Positions 18,134-27,517 of a stretch of 56,192 bases of DNA are shown piece by piece. The first letter of the stretch is position 1. Each line of letters opens with the position of its first letter. The position numbers and the translations under genes were made by a program. The stretch is from Candidatus Micrarchaeota archaeon (GTDB lineage Archaea > Micrarchaeota > Micrarchaeia > Micrarchaeales > CABMGC01): assembly GCA_021797995.1 (NCBI GenBank), contig JAJZYR010000004.1, positions 1 through 56,192 of the forward strand, read 5' to 3'. The notes under the pieces were generated by a model. It was not told the origin of the DNA and did not search any database. It saw only the letters and a program-made list of their open reading frames with translations.

Positions 18134-18208
18134 TGGGCATGACAGGATCTGAACCCGCAGCGTACGGCTCCGGAAGTCGGCGTGCTATTCGAGTTGCACC
18201 GCATGCCC
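18134..18208 (-). pseudogene. Degenerate tRNA-Arg(CCG)
   Basis: Intact acceptor stem GGGCATG/CATGCCC and loop TT-CCG-GA, but C8 instead of U8, no D-loop GG, two anticodon-stem mismatches and T-loop TTCAGAT (G58). Confidence 0.7.
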
Positions 18209-18312
18209 TTTCAATCCGATTAAACCTGCCCAAAAGAAGGGATACATAAAAGTCGGGCTTGCGCTCGGCTCAATGAAGAATAAAAAAGAAGCGAATAAAA
18301 AAAATGCTTCCC

Positions 18313-18681
18313 TTACTCAGGCGTGTCTGCTGCTCCTCCCTCTTCAGGAGATCCCTCAGCAGCAGGTTCCGCTTCAGGAGCCGCAGATGCGGCTGGGGCG
18401 GCAGAAGCCTCGCCTATCAGTTCACCGAGGGCGAACCTGGCCCTCACATCAGTTATCCTTATCCTGACCGACTGGCCCTGCTTTGCATCCTTTACGAAGA
18501 TCACAAAGCCATCCTTCTTGGCTATTCCGTCACCCTTCGAAGCCTGTGCCTCTATGGTTACGTCCACTTCATCTCCTACCTTTACAGGCTTTGGAAGGAA
18601 GTAATTTGGCTTCATTCCCCTTCTCTCTCCTCTATCTCCTCTATCGCCGCGGTCTCCGCGGTCTCTTCCGAAATCTCGCAT
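18313..18681 (-). CDS. Single TRAM-domain protein (archaeal RNA chaperone type) with RG/D-rich N-terminus
   Basis: PVKVGDEVDVTIE....GDGIAKKDGFVIFV..AK.G..V.I.I..V...FA.GE. Confidence 0.9.
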   Translation of the reverse strand: MRDFGRDRGDRGDRGDRGERRGMKPNYFLPKPVKVGDEVDVTIEAQASKGDGIAKKDGFVIFVKDAKQGQSVRIRITDVRARFALGELIGEASAAPAASAAPEAEPAAEGSPEEGGAADTPE

Positions 18682-18813
18682 TTCATTTCCTCTGTAGAAC
18701 TAGCGTTTTACGCTTTACTACCTGAAAGTATATGCGGGTAATTCCTATATAAAGCTATCTTTCGAGGGCTTTTGGCTGGACAGGACCATGGGGCAATGCG
18801 GTGCACTGCACCA

Positions 18814-19440
18814 TTAATCCGACAAGGCATGCCTGAGCTGCACCAGATTCCTGTATAGGTAATCTGGGCCCACCTCTTTGAGAAGGGAGTATGGGTCAAC
18901 CCCGTTTCCAACGCAGGCAATCTTTATGCCTGCAAAGCGCGCCGTGAGTATGTCGGACGCCATGTCCCCGATATATATCGTCCTGCCCTTCTTTATCCCA
19001 TAACGCTGCACAAGCACCAGCAACCCCTGCGGATTGGGCTTGAACCTCTTTATTGTATCTGCACCGAGCACGAAATCAACATACTCCGCAACCCCGAGCT
19101 CCTTTATCTCCTTCATGAGCCTGTAGTTGTTCGAGTCGCTGAATATTGCAATGGTCTTCTTCCTCCTCTTCAGTTCGGTGAGGACTTCAATGGCCCCGGG
19201 CTGAAGTCTCGGCCTGGCAAAATGGAAGTAGAGGTCATAGAGACGCGCATACGCCCTGTTTACCTCCTCCCTGACGTGCACCTTCCTGGCCCCTGCCTTC
19301 CTGTAGTCGCCTGCATGCCGTCTTATATACTTTACATTATACCTCCTTTTGAAGAGCCTACTGATCCTGACAAGCAGCGTTGAAGTGCTGAGAGTGCCAT
19401 CCCAGTCAAAAATAAACAGTCTGTAGTCTCCGAGAGGCAT
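18814..19440 (-). CDS. HAD family phosphatase (phosphoglycolate phosphatase-like)
   Basis: FIFDWDGTL, KPNP, YIGDMASDI..A..AG; start set to ATG 19440. Confidence 0.9.
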   Translation of the reverse strand: MPLGDYRLFIFDWDGTLSTSTLLVRISRLFKRRYNVKYIRRHAGDYRKAGARKVHVREEVNRAYARLYDLYFHFARPRLQPGAIEVLTELKRRKKTIAIFSDSNNYRLMKEIKELGVAEYVDFVLGADTIKRFKPNPQGLLVLVQRYGIKKGRTIYIGDMASDILTARFAGIKIACVGNGVDPYSLLKEVGPDYLYRNLVQLRHALSD

Positions 19441-19566
19441 AAGGTTATTAATATTGTCAAATACATAAAAAGCTATGTGATGAGACAGGTGATCGCTGAG
19501 CAATTGCGATGACGATCGGTAGGCGGTCTGATCTGTTTTTCCTGTAACACTCTCTCGTGAGTTGCC

Positions 19567-20439
19567 ATGGACAGTGAACAAACCGTGCTTGAAAAGCTCC
19601 ATAAGAACGGGATCACTGCAACCGACATAGCGACCCAGTTCTGGTGTGAGAGGCAGATGGAGCTCAACAATCTGTACAAACCAACACCTACCAAGGCAAT
19701 GGAGAAGGGTGCCAGGATGCATGAAGCCTGGCAGGCAAAGGCATACGTGCCGCTGTCGGTTGAGACGCGGTCGTACCCTGATTTCCTGTACAAGATAGCG
19801 TATGAAAACTACATGACCCTAAAAAGGCTCAAGGAGGGAAAGGAAGGAAGGGAGCTCATGGTCTACGGGTCTGTAAACGGATACAGGCTAAGCGGCAAGA
19901 TTGACGAGCTGAAGATAAGAGACGGAAAGACCGTGATCGTCGAGGATAAGACGGTAAAGGAGGGCATGACGATAGACAGCGCGCACACGAAGCCCCATAT
20001 AGTCCAGATAATGCTCTACAGGAAGATGCTCGACGACATCAGGTGCAGGAGCTACTCATATGACAACTTTGCAAACGTCTACAGGCTAAGTAAAGCAAAG
20101 CTCTCTGAGGAATTCTTAAAAGGGCTCGGGGAGATAAACCTGAAGGGCGAGTATCTGAGCTTGGAGTCAATGTACAGGAAGATGTTCGAAGAAATGCATG
20201 CAATGCCAGAGCTGTGCGATGACCTGGAGCTGAGATACGTGGACAGGAGGAGCGGTACCGTGGCGGCGGAACTGAAGGTAAGATACGATAGGGACATGCT
20301 TGCCGGAGACCTCTCCTATGCCATGCAGTACTGGAGAGGCGAACGCGAGTCGGCTCCGGTGGCCGGGCAGGAGAGATGGAAGTGCAATTCATGCAAATTC
20401 TTCGGGAAAAAGTGCATGGTCTGGTGGACCGGTGGTTGA
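19567..20439 (+). CDS. Exonuclease V (Exo5)/Cas4-like PD-(D/E)xK nuclease with Fe-S cysteines
   Basis: ITATDIATQFWCERQMEL, G..MH, GKIDEL...IVEDKT, Q..LY, C-terminal CNSCKF...C. Confidence 0.82.
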   Translation: MDSEQTVLEKLHKNGITATDIATQFWCERQMELNNLYKPTPTKAMEKGARMHEAWQAKAYVPLSVETRSYPDFLYKIAYENYMTLKRLKEGKEGRELMVYGSVNGYRLSGKIDELKIRDGKTVIVEDKTVKEGMTIDSAHTKPHIVQIMLYRKMLDDIRCRSYSYDNFANVYRLSKAKLSEEFLKGLGEINLKGEYLSLESMYRKMFEEMHAMPELCDDLELRYVDRRSGTVAAELKVRYDRDMLAGDLSYAMQYWRGERESAPVAGQERWKCNSCKFFGKKCMVWWTGG

Positions 20440-23124
20440 GTGCTCGGGATAAGCGGTGATCTCAGTAAGGATGCGCTGAGAAGAGAGTTCTCAAGGAATG
20501 CAGACCGCTATTATAGCGTGGAGCTGTTCCGGCAGGAGGGCTTTGCAAGGCGCCGGTGCCGCATATGCGGAAAGGGCTTCTGGAGCATAAGCGACAGGGA
20601 CACGTGCGAGGATTCGTCGCACACCGAGTACAGCTTCTTCAAAAAGAGGCCGGTCAAGGAAGGATATGTGGAATTCTGGAAGAAGTTCGCCGACTTCTTC
20701 AGGAAGAACGGGCATACCGAGATAAAGAAATACCCTGTTGTCTCGCGATGGAGGAGGGACCTCTACTTCACGATAGCAAGCATACAGGACTTCCAGAGGA
20801 TAGAGTCAGGAAAGATGGGTTTTGAGTATTCGGCTAATCCACTCGTCGTCCCACAAATGTGCCTCAGATTCATCGATATCGAGAATGTGGGCGTTACTGG
20901 CAGGCACTTCACGTCATTCATGATGGCAGGCCAGCATTCCTTCAATTATCCGAAGGAGGGATACTGGAAGGACAGGACCATAGAGCTTAATTACGGCTTC
21001 CTCACGCAGGTGCTAGGGGTAAAAAAAGAGGACCTGGTGTACAGTGAGGACGTCTGGGCAATGCCAGACTTCTCTGAGTTCGGCCCATCCCTTGAGAGCT
21101 TTGCGAACGGTTCAGAGCTCGTCAACAGCGTATTTACCGAATTCGAGTATGCCAATGGCGGGATAAGCGAACTCGGTGGCAAGGTTGTCGATGTGGGCTG
21201 GGGGCTCGATAGGCTGCTCTGGTTCTATACGGGTTATGACAATGCATACGAGGCGGTATTCCACGATGTCCTGGAGGATATCAGGAGGAAGACCGGCCTT
21301 GGACTGGAGACCGATAGCTTCAAAAAATTCGCAAGAGTCTCAGGAGAGCTTGATGTCGATGAGGTGAAGAATGCCAGGGAGAAGGAGGCGGCACTCCTAA
21401 AGACGGCAGGCATATCCGCGGAGGAGTACGAGAAGAAGGTAAGGCCCATACAGGGTTTATACGCAATACTTGACCATACGCGGACCCTTATGTTTGCAAT
21501 AGCTGACGGCGCCCTGCCGTCAAACATCGGAGGCGGATACAACCTCCGAATAATACTCCGGCGGTCATTCGACTTCATGGACAGGTACGGTTTCAGCATA
21601 GATCTTGCTGATGTTGCGAGGACCATTGCGGACGATATGCACGGGCTGTATCCCGAGCTTGCGGAGAGCCTTGATTCGAAGGAGTTCGAGACCGTCATAA
21701 AGATCGAAAGGGAGCGATACGACAAGAGCAACAAAAATGCAAAGCAGATAGTCAGCACGCTGCTCGGCAAAGGCGGCGACATAAGCACAGCGCAGCTGAA
21801 GACGCTTTACGAGAGCAACGGCATAACTCCGGATTTCCTCGCCAGCGCAGCAGCGTCACGTGGGATTTCCATCAAGCTGCCAGAGAACATCTACGGCGGC
21901 ATTGTGCAGGGGGATCTCGTGAAGAGGGAAAAGGCGAAGCGGTCGGGCATTGCGCTTCCAGCTTCCCTAAAACCGACCGGTCAGCTGTATTACGACTTTA
22001 AGACCGACGCGAAGGCAACAGTCGTGCTTGCAGAAGGAAATTCGGTGGTGCTTGACCAGACGCCCTTCTATCCTGAGGGCGGCGGTCAAGCGGCGGACCG
22101 CGGGACCATAAACGGAATTGACGTAAAGGATGTCCAGAAATACGGCAATGTCATCGTGCACACAATGGACAAGGCAGTCGGCGGGCTGCAGGGCTTTAAG
22201 GCAGGGTCGATAGTAGACGCCCGCGTCGACAGGGATGTGAGAAGGAGGCTAACGGCGCACCATACGGCGACACACCTGATAAGTGCGGCTGCCAGGAAAT
22301 TCCTTGGAAGGCATGCGTGGCAGGAGGGTACGAGGAAGGAGCCCGATAAGGCGCACATAGACATCGCGCACTTCGACAGGCTGAGCCACAAGGAGCTGAG
22401 CGGAATAGAGTCAATCGTGAATAACTGGATATTCGATGGGATCAAGGTCGAGGCGAACTATATCCCAAGAGGCGAGGCTGAGGGCAGGTACGGATTTGAG
22501 ATATACCAGGGGCACGGGATACCGGCAAAGACGATGCGGATAGTCACGATAAAGGATAAGTCCGGAAAGGTTCTTGATGCACAGGCCTGCGGGGGCCTCC
22601 ACGCCATAGGCCAGGAGAGCATACTGGGCCTCGTAAAGATAATAAACTCATACAGGTCGCATGACGGGATTGTTAGGATAGAGTTCGTTGCAGGTCCTGC
22701 GGCTCTTGAATACTTCGACAAGGAGGATGCGGAGCTGCATGCGGACTCCCAGCTCCTGAATGCAGAGATTTTCAAGGTTCATGAAAAGATACTCGAGGTC
22801 AAGAGCGAAAGCCAGGCGAACTATGACAGGCTCAGGAATTATACAAAGGCCGTTGCAAAGGAGACTGCCGGCTCGCTAGGGGGCGGCAAGACCATAGACA
22901 AGGAGGTTGACTTCACGCGCGACATGATGCGCGAGATGGCAGACAGGCTTGTGAAGGAGGACAAGGGCAGGATCGTCACCCTGTGGAACAAGCAGAATGA
23001 GATAATATGCATAGCCGGGGAGGACTCTGGAAAGAGCGCAATAAAGCACCTCAGGGAGGCGACTAAAGGAAAAGAGTTTGTCGGAGGGGGAAGCGAGAGG
23101 TACGCTGAAGGGAAGGTTAAGTAA
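20440..23124 (+). CDS. alaS: Alanine--tRNA ligase (archaeal type)
   Basis: YPVVSRWRRDLYFTIASIQDFQ, DIENVGVTGRH, editing motifs HTATH and QACGGLH. Confidence 0.97.
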   Translation: MLGISGDLSKDALRREFSRNADRYYSVELFRQEGFARRRCRICGKGFWSISDRDTCEDSSHTEYSFFKKRPVKEGYVEFWKKFADFFRKNGHTEIKKYPVVSRWRRDLYFTIASIQDFQRIESGKMGFEYSANPLVVPQMCLRFIDIENVGVTGRHFTSFMMAGQHSFNYPKEGYWKDRTIELNYGFLTQVLGVKKEDLVYSEDVWAMPDFSEFGPSLESFANGSELVNSVFTEFEYANGGISELGGKVVDVGWGLDRLLWFYTGYDNAYEAVFHDVLEDIRRKTGLGLETDSFKKFARVSGELDVDEVKNAREKEAALLKTAGISAEEYEKKVRPIQGLYAILDHTRTLMFAIADGALPSNIGGGYNLRIILRRSFDFMDRYGFSIDLADVARTIADDMHGLYPELAESLDSKEFETVIKIERERYDKSNKNAKQIVSTLLGKGGDISTAQLKTLYESNGITPDFLASAAASRGISIKLPENIYGGIVQGDLVKREKAKRSGIALPASLKPTGQLYYDFKTDAKATVVLAEGNSVVLDQTPFYPEGGGQAADRGTINGIDVKDVQKYGNVIVHTMDKAVGGLQGFKAGSIVDARVDRDVRRRLTAHHTATHLISAAARKFLGRHAWQEGTRKEPDKAHIDIAHFDRLSHKELSGIESIVNNWIFDGIKVEANYIPRGEAEGRYGFEIYQGHGIPAKTMRIVTIKDKSGKVLDAQACGGLHAIGQESILGLVKIINSYRSHDGIVRIEFVAGPAALEYFDKEDAELHADSQLLNAEIFKVHEKILEVKSESQANYDRLRNYTKAVAKETAGSLGGGKTIDKEVDFTRDMMREMADRLVKEDKGRIVTLWNKQNEIICIAGEDSGKSAIKHLREATKGKEFVGGGSERYAEGKVK

Positions 23125-23129
23125 GTTAG

Positions 23130-23645
23130 ATGGTATTTATGCCCGGCATTTTATACCAAATGATCATATATCCGATAATATACATCTGGCCGGCATATGT
23201 TGCCAACGGCGCCCCGGTGATATTCGGGAGGGGAAAGCGGCTGCCTCTCGACTTCAATAAGAAGCTCTGGGGCAAGCCGATCTTCGGGGTCCACAAGACC
23301 GTCAGGGGGCTCGTTGCAGGCCTGCTCGCCGGGCTCCTCATGGCAGGAATTGAGTCCCTGTTCATCCCGTACATGCTTATAGTGGGAATCGCGCTTGTGA
23401 TAGGCACCCATGCCGGAGATCTTCTTGGCAGTTTCATAAAGAGGAGGATAGGGCACGAGGAGGGGGCGAAACTCTTCCTCCTGGACCAGTACCCGTTCCT
23501 GATCCTGGCGCTGCTCTTTGCGCTTCCATTCGGCAGCATGCCGGGAGCATACGGAATAATCTTCCTGTTTATCCTTACCGGGATCTTGCATCCGCTTACA
23601 AACCTTGCCGCTCACAGGCTGCGGATAAAGAAGGTTCCTTGGTAG
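23130..23645 (+). CDS. carS: CDP-archaeol synthase
   Basis: PAYVANGAPV.FG...PLDF...FG.HKT.RG, GDLLGSFIKRR.G, LDQ, K.VPW. Confidence 0.92.
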   Translation: MVFMPGILYQMIIYPIIYIWPAYVANGAPVIFGRGKRLPLDFNKKLWGKPIFGVHKTVRGLVAGLLAGLLMAGIESLFIPYMLIVGIALVIGTHAGDLLGSFIKRRIGHEEGAKLFLLDQYPFLILALLFALPFGSMPGAYGIIFLFILTGILHPLTNLAAHRLRIKKVPW

Positions 23646-23659
23646 ATTTGGGTGGTATA

Positions 23660-23965
23660 ATGGAAGGATCGGCAAAGCAGAAGGTTCCTGGAGGCAAGCT
23701 TATCTCAGTGAGGATATCGTTCGACACCTTGATCAGCAGGGTTGAGATAACCGGTGACTTCTTCCTGCATCCGGAAGAGGCGCTGTCCTGCATAGAAGGG
23801 AGCATGGCCGGTGTAAAGGCCGACGAGCCGGAGCAGGAAATGGCCGCAAGGGTAAGGTCAGCTGCGGAATCACACGGAATCGAGATGATAGGCATAACAC
23901 CGGAAGCAGTGGCGAGCACTGTAAAGATGGCGATAAGGAATGGAATGGAGAGTAATAAAGCTTAG
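23660..23965 (+). CDS. Lipoate-protein ligase small subunit (C-terminal domain, LplB-like)
   Basis: KVPGGKLI.V...ITGDFFLHPEEA...IE; adjacent to lplA. Confidence 0.87.
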   Translation: MEGSAKQKVPGGKLISVRISFDTLISRVEITGDFFLHPEEALSCIEGSMAGVKADEPEQEMAARVRSAAESHGIEMIGITPEAVASTVKMAIRNGMESNKA

Positions 23966-24686
23966 GCCCATTGGCGCATACATGAATATGGGCATCGACG
24001 AGGCCGTGATGGAGAGCGTCAGGGACGGGCGCGCCGATCCCACGATAAGGTTCTACACGTGGAACCCCAGCGCCGTCTCGATCGGCAGATTCCAGAGCAT
24101 GAGGGAAGAGGTGAACATAGGCAGGTGCAAAGAGCTCGGAGTCGATTGCGTGAGGAGGATAACCGGAGGAGGGGCGGTATATCATGACCGTAACGGTGAG
24201 GTAACATACAGCGTTATAGCCCCAGAACGGCTCCTCCCAAAGGGCATACGCGAGAGCTATAGGGAGATCTGCGGTTGGGTCATATCCGGCCTCGCGTCCA
24301 TAGGGATACGTGCGGAATTCGCCCCGATAAACGACATTACCGTAAACGGCAAGAAGATCTCCGGAAACGCGCAGACAAGGAAGGACGGCATAGTGCTGCA
24401 GCATGGAACCATACTGTACGACCTTGACATAAAGGCAATGTTCGGTGTGCTCAACGTAAGCAGGGAGAAGATATCTGACAAAGCGATAAAGAGCGTTGAG
24501 GAGAGGGTCACTAGGGTACTTGACTACTCAAGCGTCTCGCAGAATGGGCTGTATCTCGCGCTCCTGTCAGGGTTTGTCAGGAATAAGGAATATAAGATGG
24601 GGGAGCTTACTGCCGACGAGGCATCAAGATCAGAGGAGCTTGCCGGATCGGTTTACAGGAGTGACCAGTGGAACTTCAGCAGGTAG
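23940..24686 (+). CDS. lplA: Lipoate-protein ligase A family catalytic subunit
   Basis: NMGIDEA, RRITGGGAVYHD, NDI.VNGKKISGNAQ, LQHGTILY. Confidence 0.92.
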   Translation: MEWRVIKLRPIGAYMNMGIDEAVMESVRDGRADPTIRFYTWNPSAVSIGRFQSMREEVNIGRCKELGVDCVRRITGGGAVYHDRNGEVTYSVIAPERLLPKGIRESYREICGWVISGLASIGIRAEFAPINDITVNGKKISGNAQTRKDGIVLQHGTILYDLDIKAMFGVLNVSREKISDKAIKSVEERVTRVLDYSSVSQNGLYLALLSGFVRNKEYKMGELTADEASRSEELAGSVYRSDQWNFSR

Positions 24687-25556
24687 TCACTGCCTGTCCC
24701 GCTCTATCGATCTCATGAAGAACTCGCCGGCCCTGTAAGAGCTCCTTACGAAAGGTCCGGCCGCAACGCACCTAAATCCCATCTCCTGCGCCCTCCTCCT
24801 GAAGAACTCGAATCTTTCCGGCCTTATATACTCCTTGACCTCTACGTGATTCGGACCAGGCCTGAGGTACTGCCCCACTGCAAGAAAGTCGACGCCGGCA
24901 CCCCTCAGATCGGCCATCGTCTGGATTACCTCTGAGTCTTCTTCCCCTAGCCCCAGCATGATTGCAGATTTTGTGTATATCTGTGCATCAAGGGCCTTAA
25001 GCATGGCAAGCACCCTGAGCGACTGGTCATAGCCTGCGCGCCTGTCCCTTACCATGGGTGTAAGCCTCCTGACCGTCTCTACATTGTGCCCCACTACATC
25101 AGGCGATGACTCTGTAATTGCCTTCAGGCAGTTTTCATCGCAGCGGAAGTCGGGTATGAGCAATTCTACAAGCGTGTTGGGGCTCGCCTTCCTTATCTCG
25201 GTTACGCATCTTGCAAAGTGACCAGCACCCTGGTCAGGCAGGTCGTCCCTGCATACGGAGGTTATGACTGCATAATTGAGGCCCCACTGCCTTACCACCT
25301 TCCCCAGCCTCTCCGGCTCAAGCAGGTCTATCCGGCTCCCCTTCGCGCTCTTGCCAACCGCGCAGAACCTGCAGCCTCTTGTGCATAGGTCCCCAAGGAC
25401 CATAAACGTCGCAGTGCCGCCGCTCCAGCACTCCGCGATGTTGGGGCAGCGGGCCTCGGCGCACACCGTATGTAAACCATTCTCCAGTACGTCCCTCTTT
25501 ATGCCTGCATACCTTGACGTTGATACGGGTTTTACGGTCAGCCATTCGGGAAGCAT
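24687..25556 (-). CDS. lipA: Lipoyl synthase (radical SAM)
   Basis: VCAEARCPNIAECW, CTRGCRFC, HNVETV, GQYLRP, GPFVRSSY. Confidence 0.96.
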   Translation of the reverse strand: MLPEWLTVKPVSTSRYAGIKRDVLENGLHTVCAEARCPNIAECWSGGTATFMVLGDLCTRGCRFCAVGKSAKGSRIDLLEPERLGKVVRQWGLNYAVITSVCRDDLPDQGAGHFARCVTEIRKASPNTLVELLIPDFRCDENCLKAITESSPDVVGHNVETVRRLTPMVRDRRAGYDQSLRVLAMLKALDAQIYTKSAIMLGLGEEDSEVIQTMADLRGAGVDFLAVGQYLRPGPNHVEVKEYIRPERFEFFRRRAQEMGFRCVAAGPFVRSSYRAGEFFMRSIERDRQ

Positions 25557-25605
25557 GCCATCGCAATAGCATATCCATGGCAATGTATAAAAAGCAGGGA
25601 GCGCG

Positions 25606-26190
25606 CTAGAGCAGCTTCAATATGTCGTATATGGTTATAATCCCAATCGCCTTCCCCTTCTCTACAATCAGTACGGCCTCCCAATTCTCTAATATCCGCT
25701 TTATCCTTCCGGTGTCCGTGTCCTTCCCCACCATGGGTATCTCCTCGTCCACTATCTGGCTGACCCTGATCTTGTCGAGCATTTCCGGCCTCTTTGTTGC
25801 TATGCTCATCAGCCTCTTCTGTGAGACCGCGCCAATCACTGTCATATCCCCATTCAGCACTGGGAGCTGCGGAAAGTCGTATTCGCGTATAACCCTTATC
25901 GTCTGGGCCACGGTATCCCCTGGCTTTGCATATACTATCCTCTTGTGCATTATCTCTGCCGCAGTCCTGTTGAGGATGCCCTCCCTTGCGCCTATCGCCG
26001 AAAGACTGTCGAGCGTTGATATGACCTTCAGTACCGTGCTGTAGCTTGGATTCAGACTTTCTATGTCGCTCTCGAGCCTGGCGATCGTGCTCTGGCTCAT
26101 GTGCACGTATTTCGAGAGTTTCTTCTGGCTCAGGCCAAGCTTTGCCCTCCCTTCCCTTACCAACCTAGATACTTCCTCCAGGGACTCCAT
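25606..26190 (-). CDS. XRE-HTH plus CBS-pair transcriptional regulator
   Basis: LGLSQKKLS....SQSTIARLE...PSYST; two CBS domains ending GIITIYDILK. Confidence 0.9.
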   Translation of the reverse strand: MESLEEVSRLVREGRAKLGLSQKKLSKYVHMSQSTIARLESDIESLNPSYSTVLKVISTLDSLSAIGAREGILNRTAAEIMHKRIVYAKPGDTVAQTIRVIREYDFPQLPVLNGDMTVIGAVSQKRLMSIATKRPEMLDKIRVSQIVDEEIPMVGKDTDTGRIKRILENWEAVLIVEKGKAIGIITIYDILKLL

Positions 26191-26304
26191 CCAAAAGCAC
26201 GATTACTACTAGTAATAATATATGTAACAATAATTATAAATAGGTTGCCATGACACAGGTAATTAGACACATGCGGAGATCCGCTGTTTCTTGCAGTTGA
26301 TAAA

Positions 26305-27504
26305 ATGAGAAACATATCAATAGAGAGGTTGGAGTTGAAGCCGATAAGCGAGCAGGGCACGGAATACGTCGAGAGGAAAGGGATAGGCCACCCTGACAGC
26401 CTTATCGACGGCATCGTCGATGAGACGAGCCACGCGCTGTGCAGGGAGTACCTCAATTCATTCGGGACCATCCTCCACCATAATGTTGACAAAGGGCTTA
26501 TAATCGGCGGGGCGGCAAAGGCCACATACGGAAGCGGCAGGATAACGAAGAAGATAGAGGTGATAGTCACCGGAAGGGCGATAAGCAAGGTAAAGGGAAA
26601 GACTGTCGAAGTAAACCGGATAGCTGAGGACGTGGTGAGGAAGTACCTGAAGGACAACACGAGATTCCTCGACATAGAGAACGAGGTGGTGATAAAGTCC
26701 AAGATCGCGAAGGGCAGCGAAGACCTTACGCATATATTCGGAAGAAAATCCGAGGTCCCTCTGGCAAACGACACCTCGTTCGGAATAGGCTTCGCCCCGT
26801 TCTCCGAGACAGAGAAGCTTGTACTGGAAACAGAGAGGTACCTTAACAGCAGGGATTACAAGGCGCAGGTCCCGGCAGCAGGAGAAGACATAAAGGTCAT
26901 GGGCTGCAGGAATGGCGACAGGATAACGCTGACCGTAGCGGTGGCCTTCATAGCGCAGCTGGTCAGCAGCAAAGAGCAGTATATCGAGCTGAAGCACAGG
27001 GTGGTCGGCGACATTCTTAAGTTTGCATCAGGGATAACGAAGAAGTCGGTTGCAGTGGAGCTCAACACGGGCGACGATGCCGAAGGCGAGGCTCCATACC
27101 TCACAAAGTCCGGCCTGAGCGCCGAGGCCGGCGACGACGGCTCCGTGGGAAGGGGAAACCGCGTAAACGGGCTGATCACGCCATTCAGGCATATGAGCCT
27201 GGAGGCTGCGGCTGGAAAGAATCCGATAAACCACATAGGCAAGATATACAACATACTTGCAACCCAGCTGGCCGTCGACGTGGTAAAGCAGTATCCTCAG
27301 ATAAAGGAGTGTGACATAGCAATCCTGTCGCAGATCGGAAAGAGGATAGACCAGCCGCTGAACCTTAACATGAACATGATAGTGGAGGGCGGGGCAAACT
27401 TCGACAACATACGGAGCAAGGCGCACTACATAGCCGACGGATGGCTTGACAATATAGGCAAGCTTACGCTTGACATATCGCTGGGCAAGTACAAGACGTT
27501 CTAG
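26305..27504 (+). CDS. mat: S-adenosylmethionine synthetase (archaeal type)
   Basis: EYVERKGIGHPDS, HHNVDK, ANDTSFG, GDDGSVGRGNRVNGLITP, GKNP.NH.GKIYN. Confidence 0.97.
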   Translation: MRNISIERLELKPISEQGTEYVERKGIGHPDSLIDGIVDETSHALCREYLNSFGTILHHNVDKGLIIGGAAKATYGSGRITKKIEVIVTGRAISKVKGKTVEVNRIAEDVVRKYLKDNTRFLDIENEVVIKSKIAKGSEDLTHIFGRKSEVPLANDTSFGIGFAPFSETEKLVLETERYLNSRDYKAQVPAAGEDIKVMGCRNGDRITLTVAVAFIAQLVSSKEQYIELKHRVVGDILKFASGITKKSVAVELNTGDDAEGEAPYLTKSGLSAEAGDDGSVGRGNRVNGLITPFRHMSLEAAAGKNPINHIGKIYNILATQLAVDVVKQYPQIKECDIAILSQIGKRIDQPLNLNMNMIVEGGANFDNIRSKAHYIADGWLDNIGKLTLDISLGKYKTF

Positions 27505-27517
27505 CAGGAACAGGTTG

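Noticed and set aside
18625..18670. RGD integrin-binding motifs
   Set aside because: The protein is a cytoplasmic TRAM domain with no export signal; this is a low-complexity repeat.
19567..20439. cas4 of a CRISPR-Cas locus
   Set aside because: No cas1, cas2, effector genes or array nearby; flanked by housekeeping genes.
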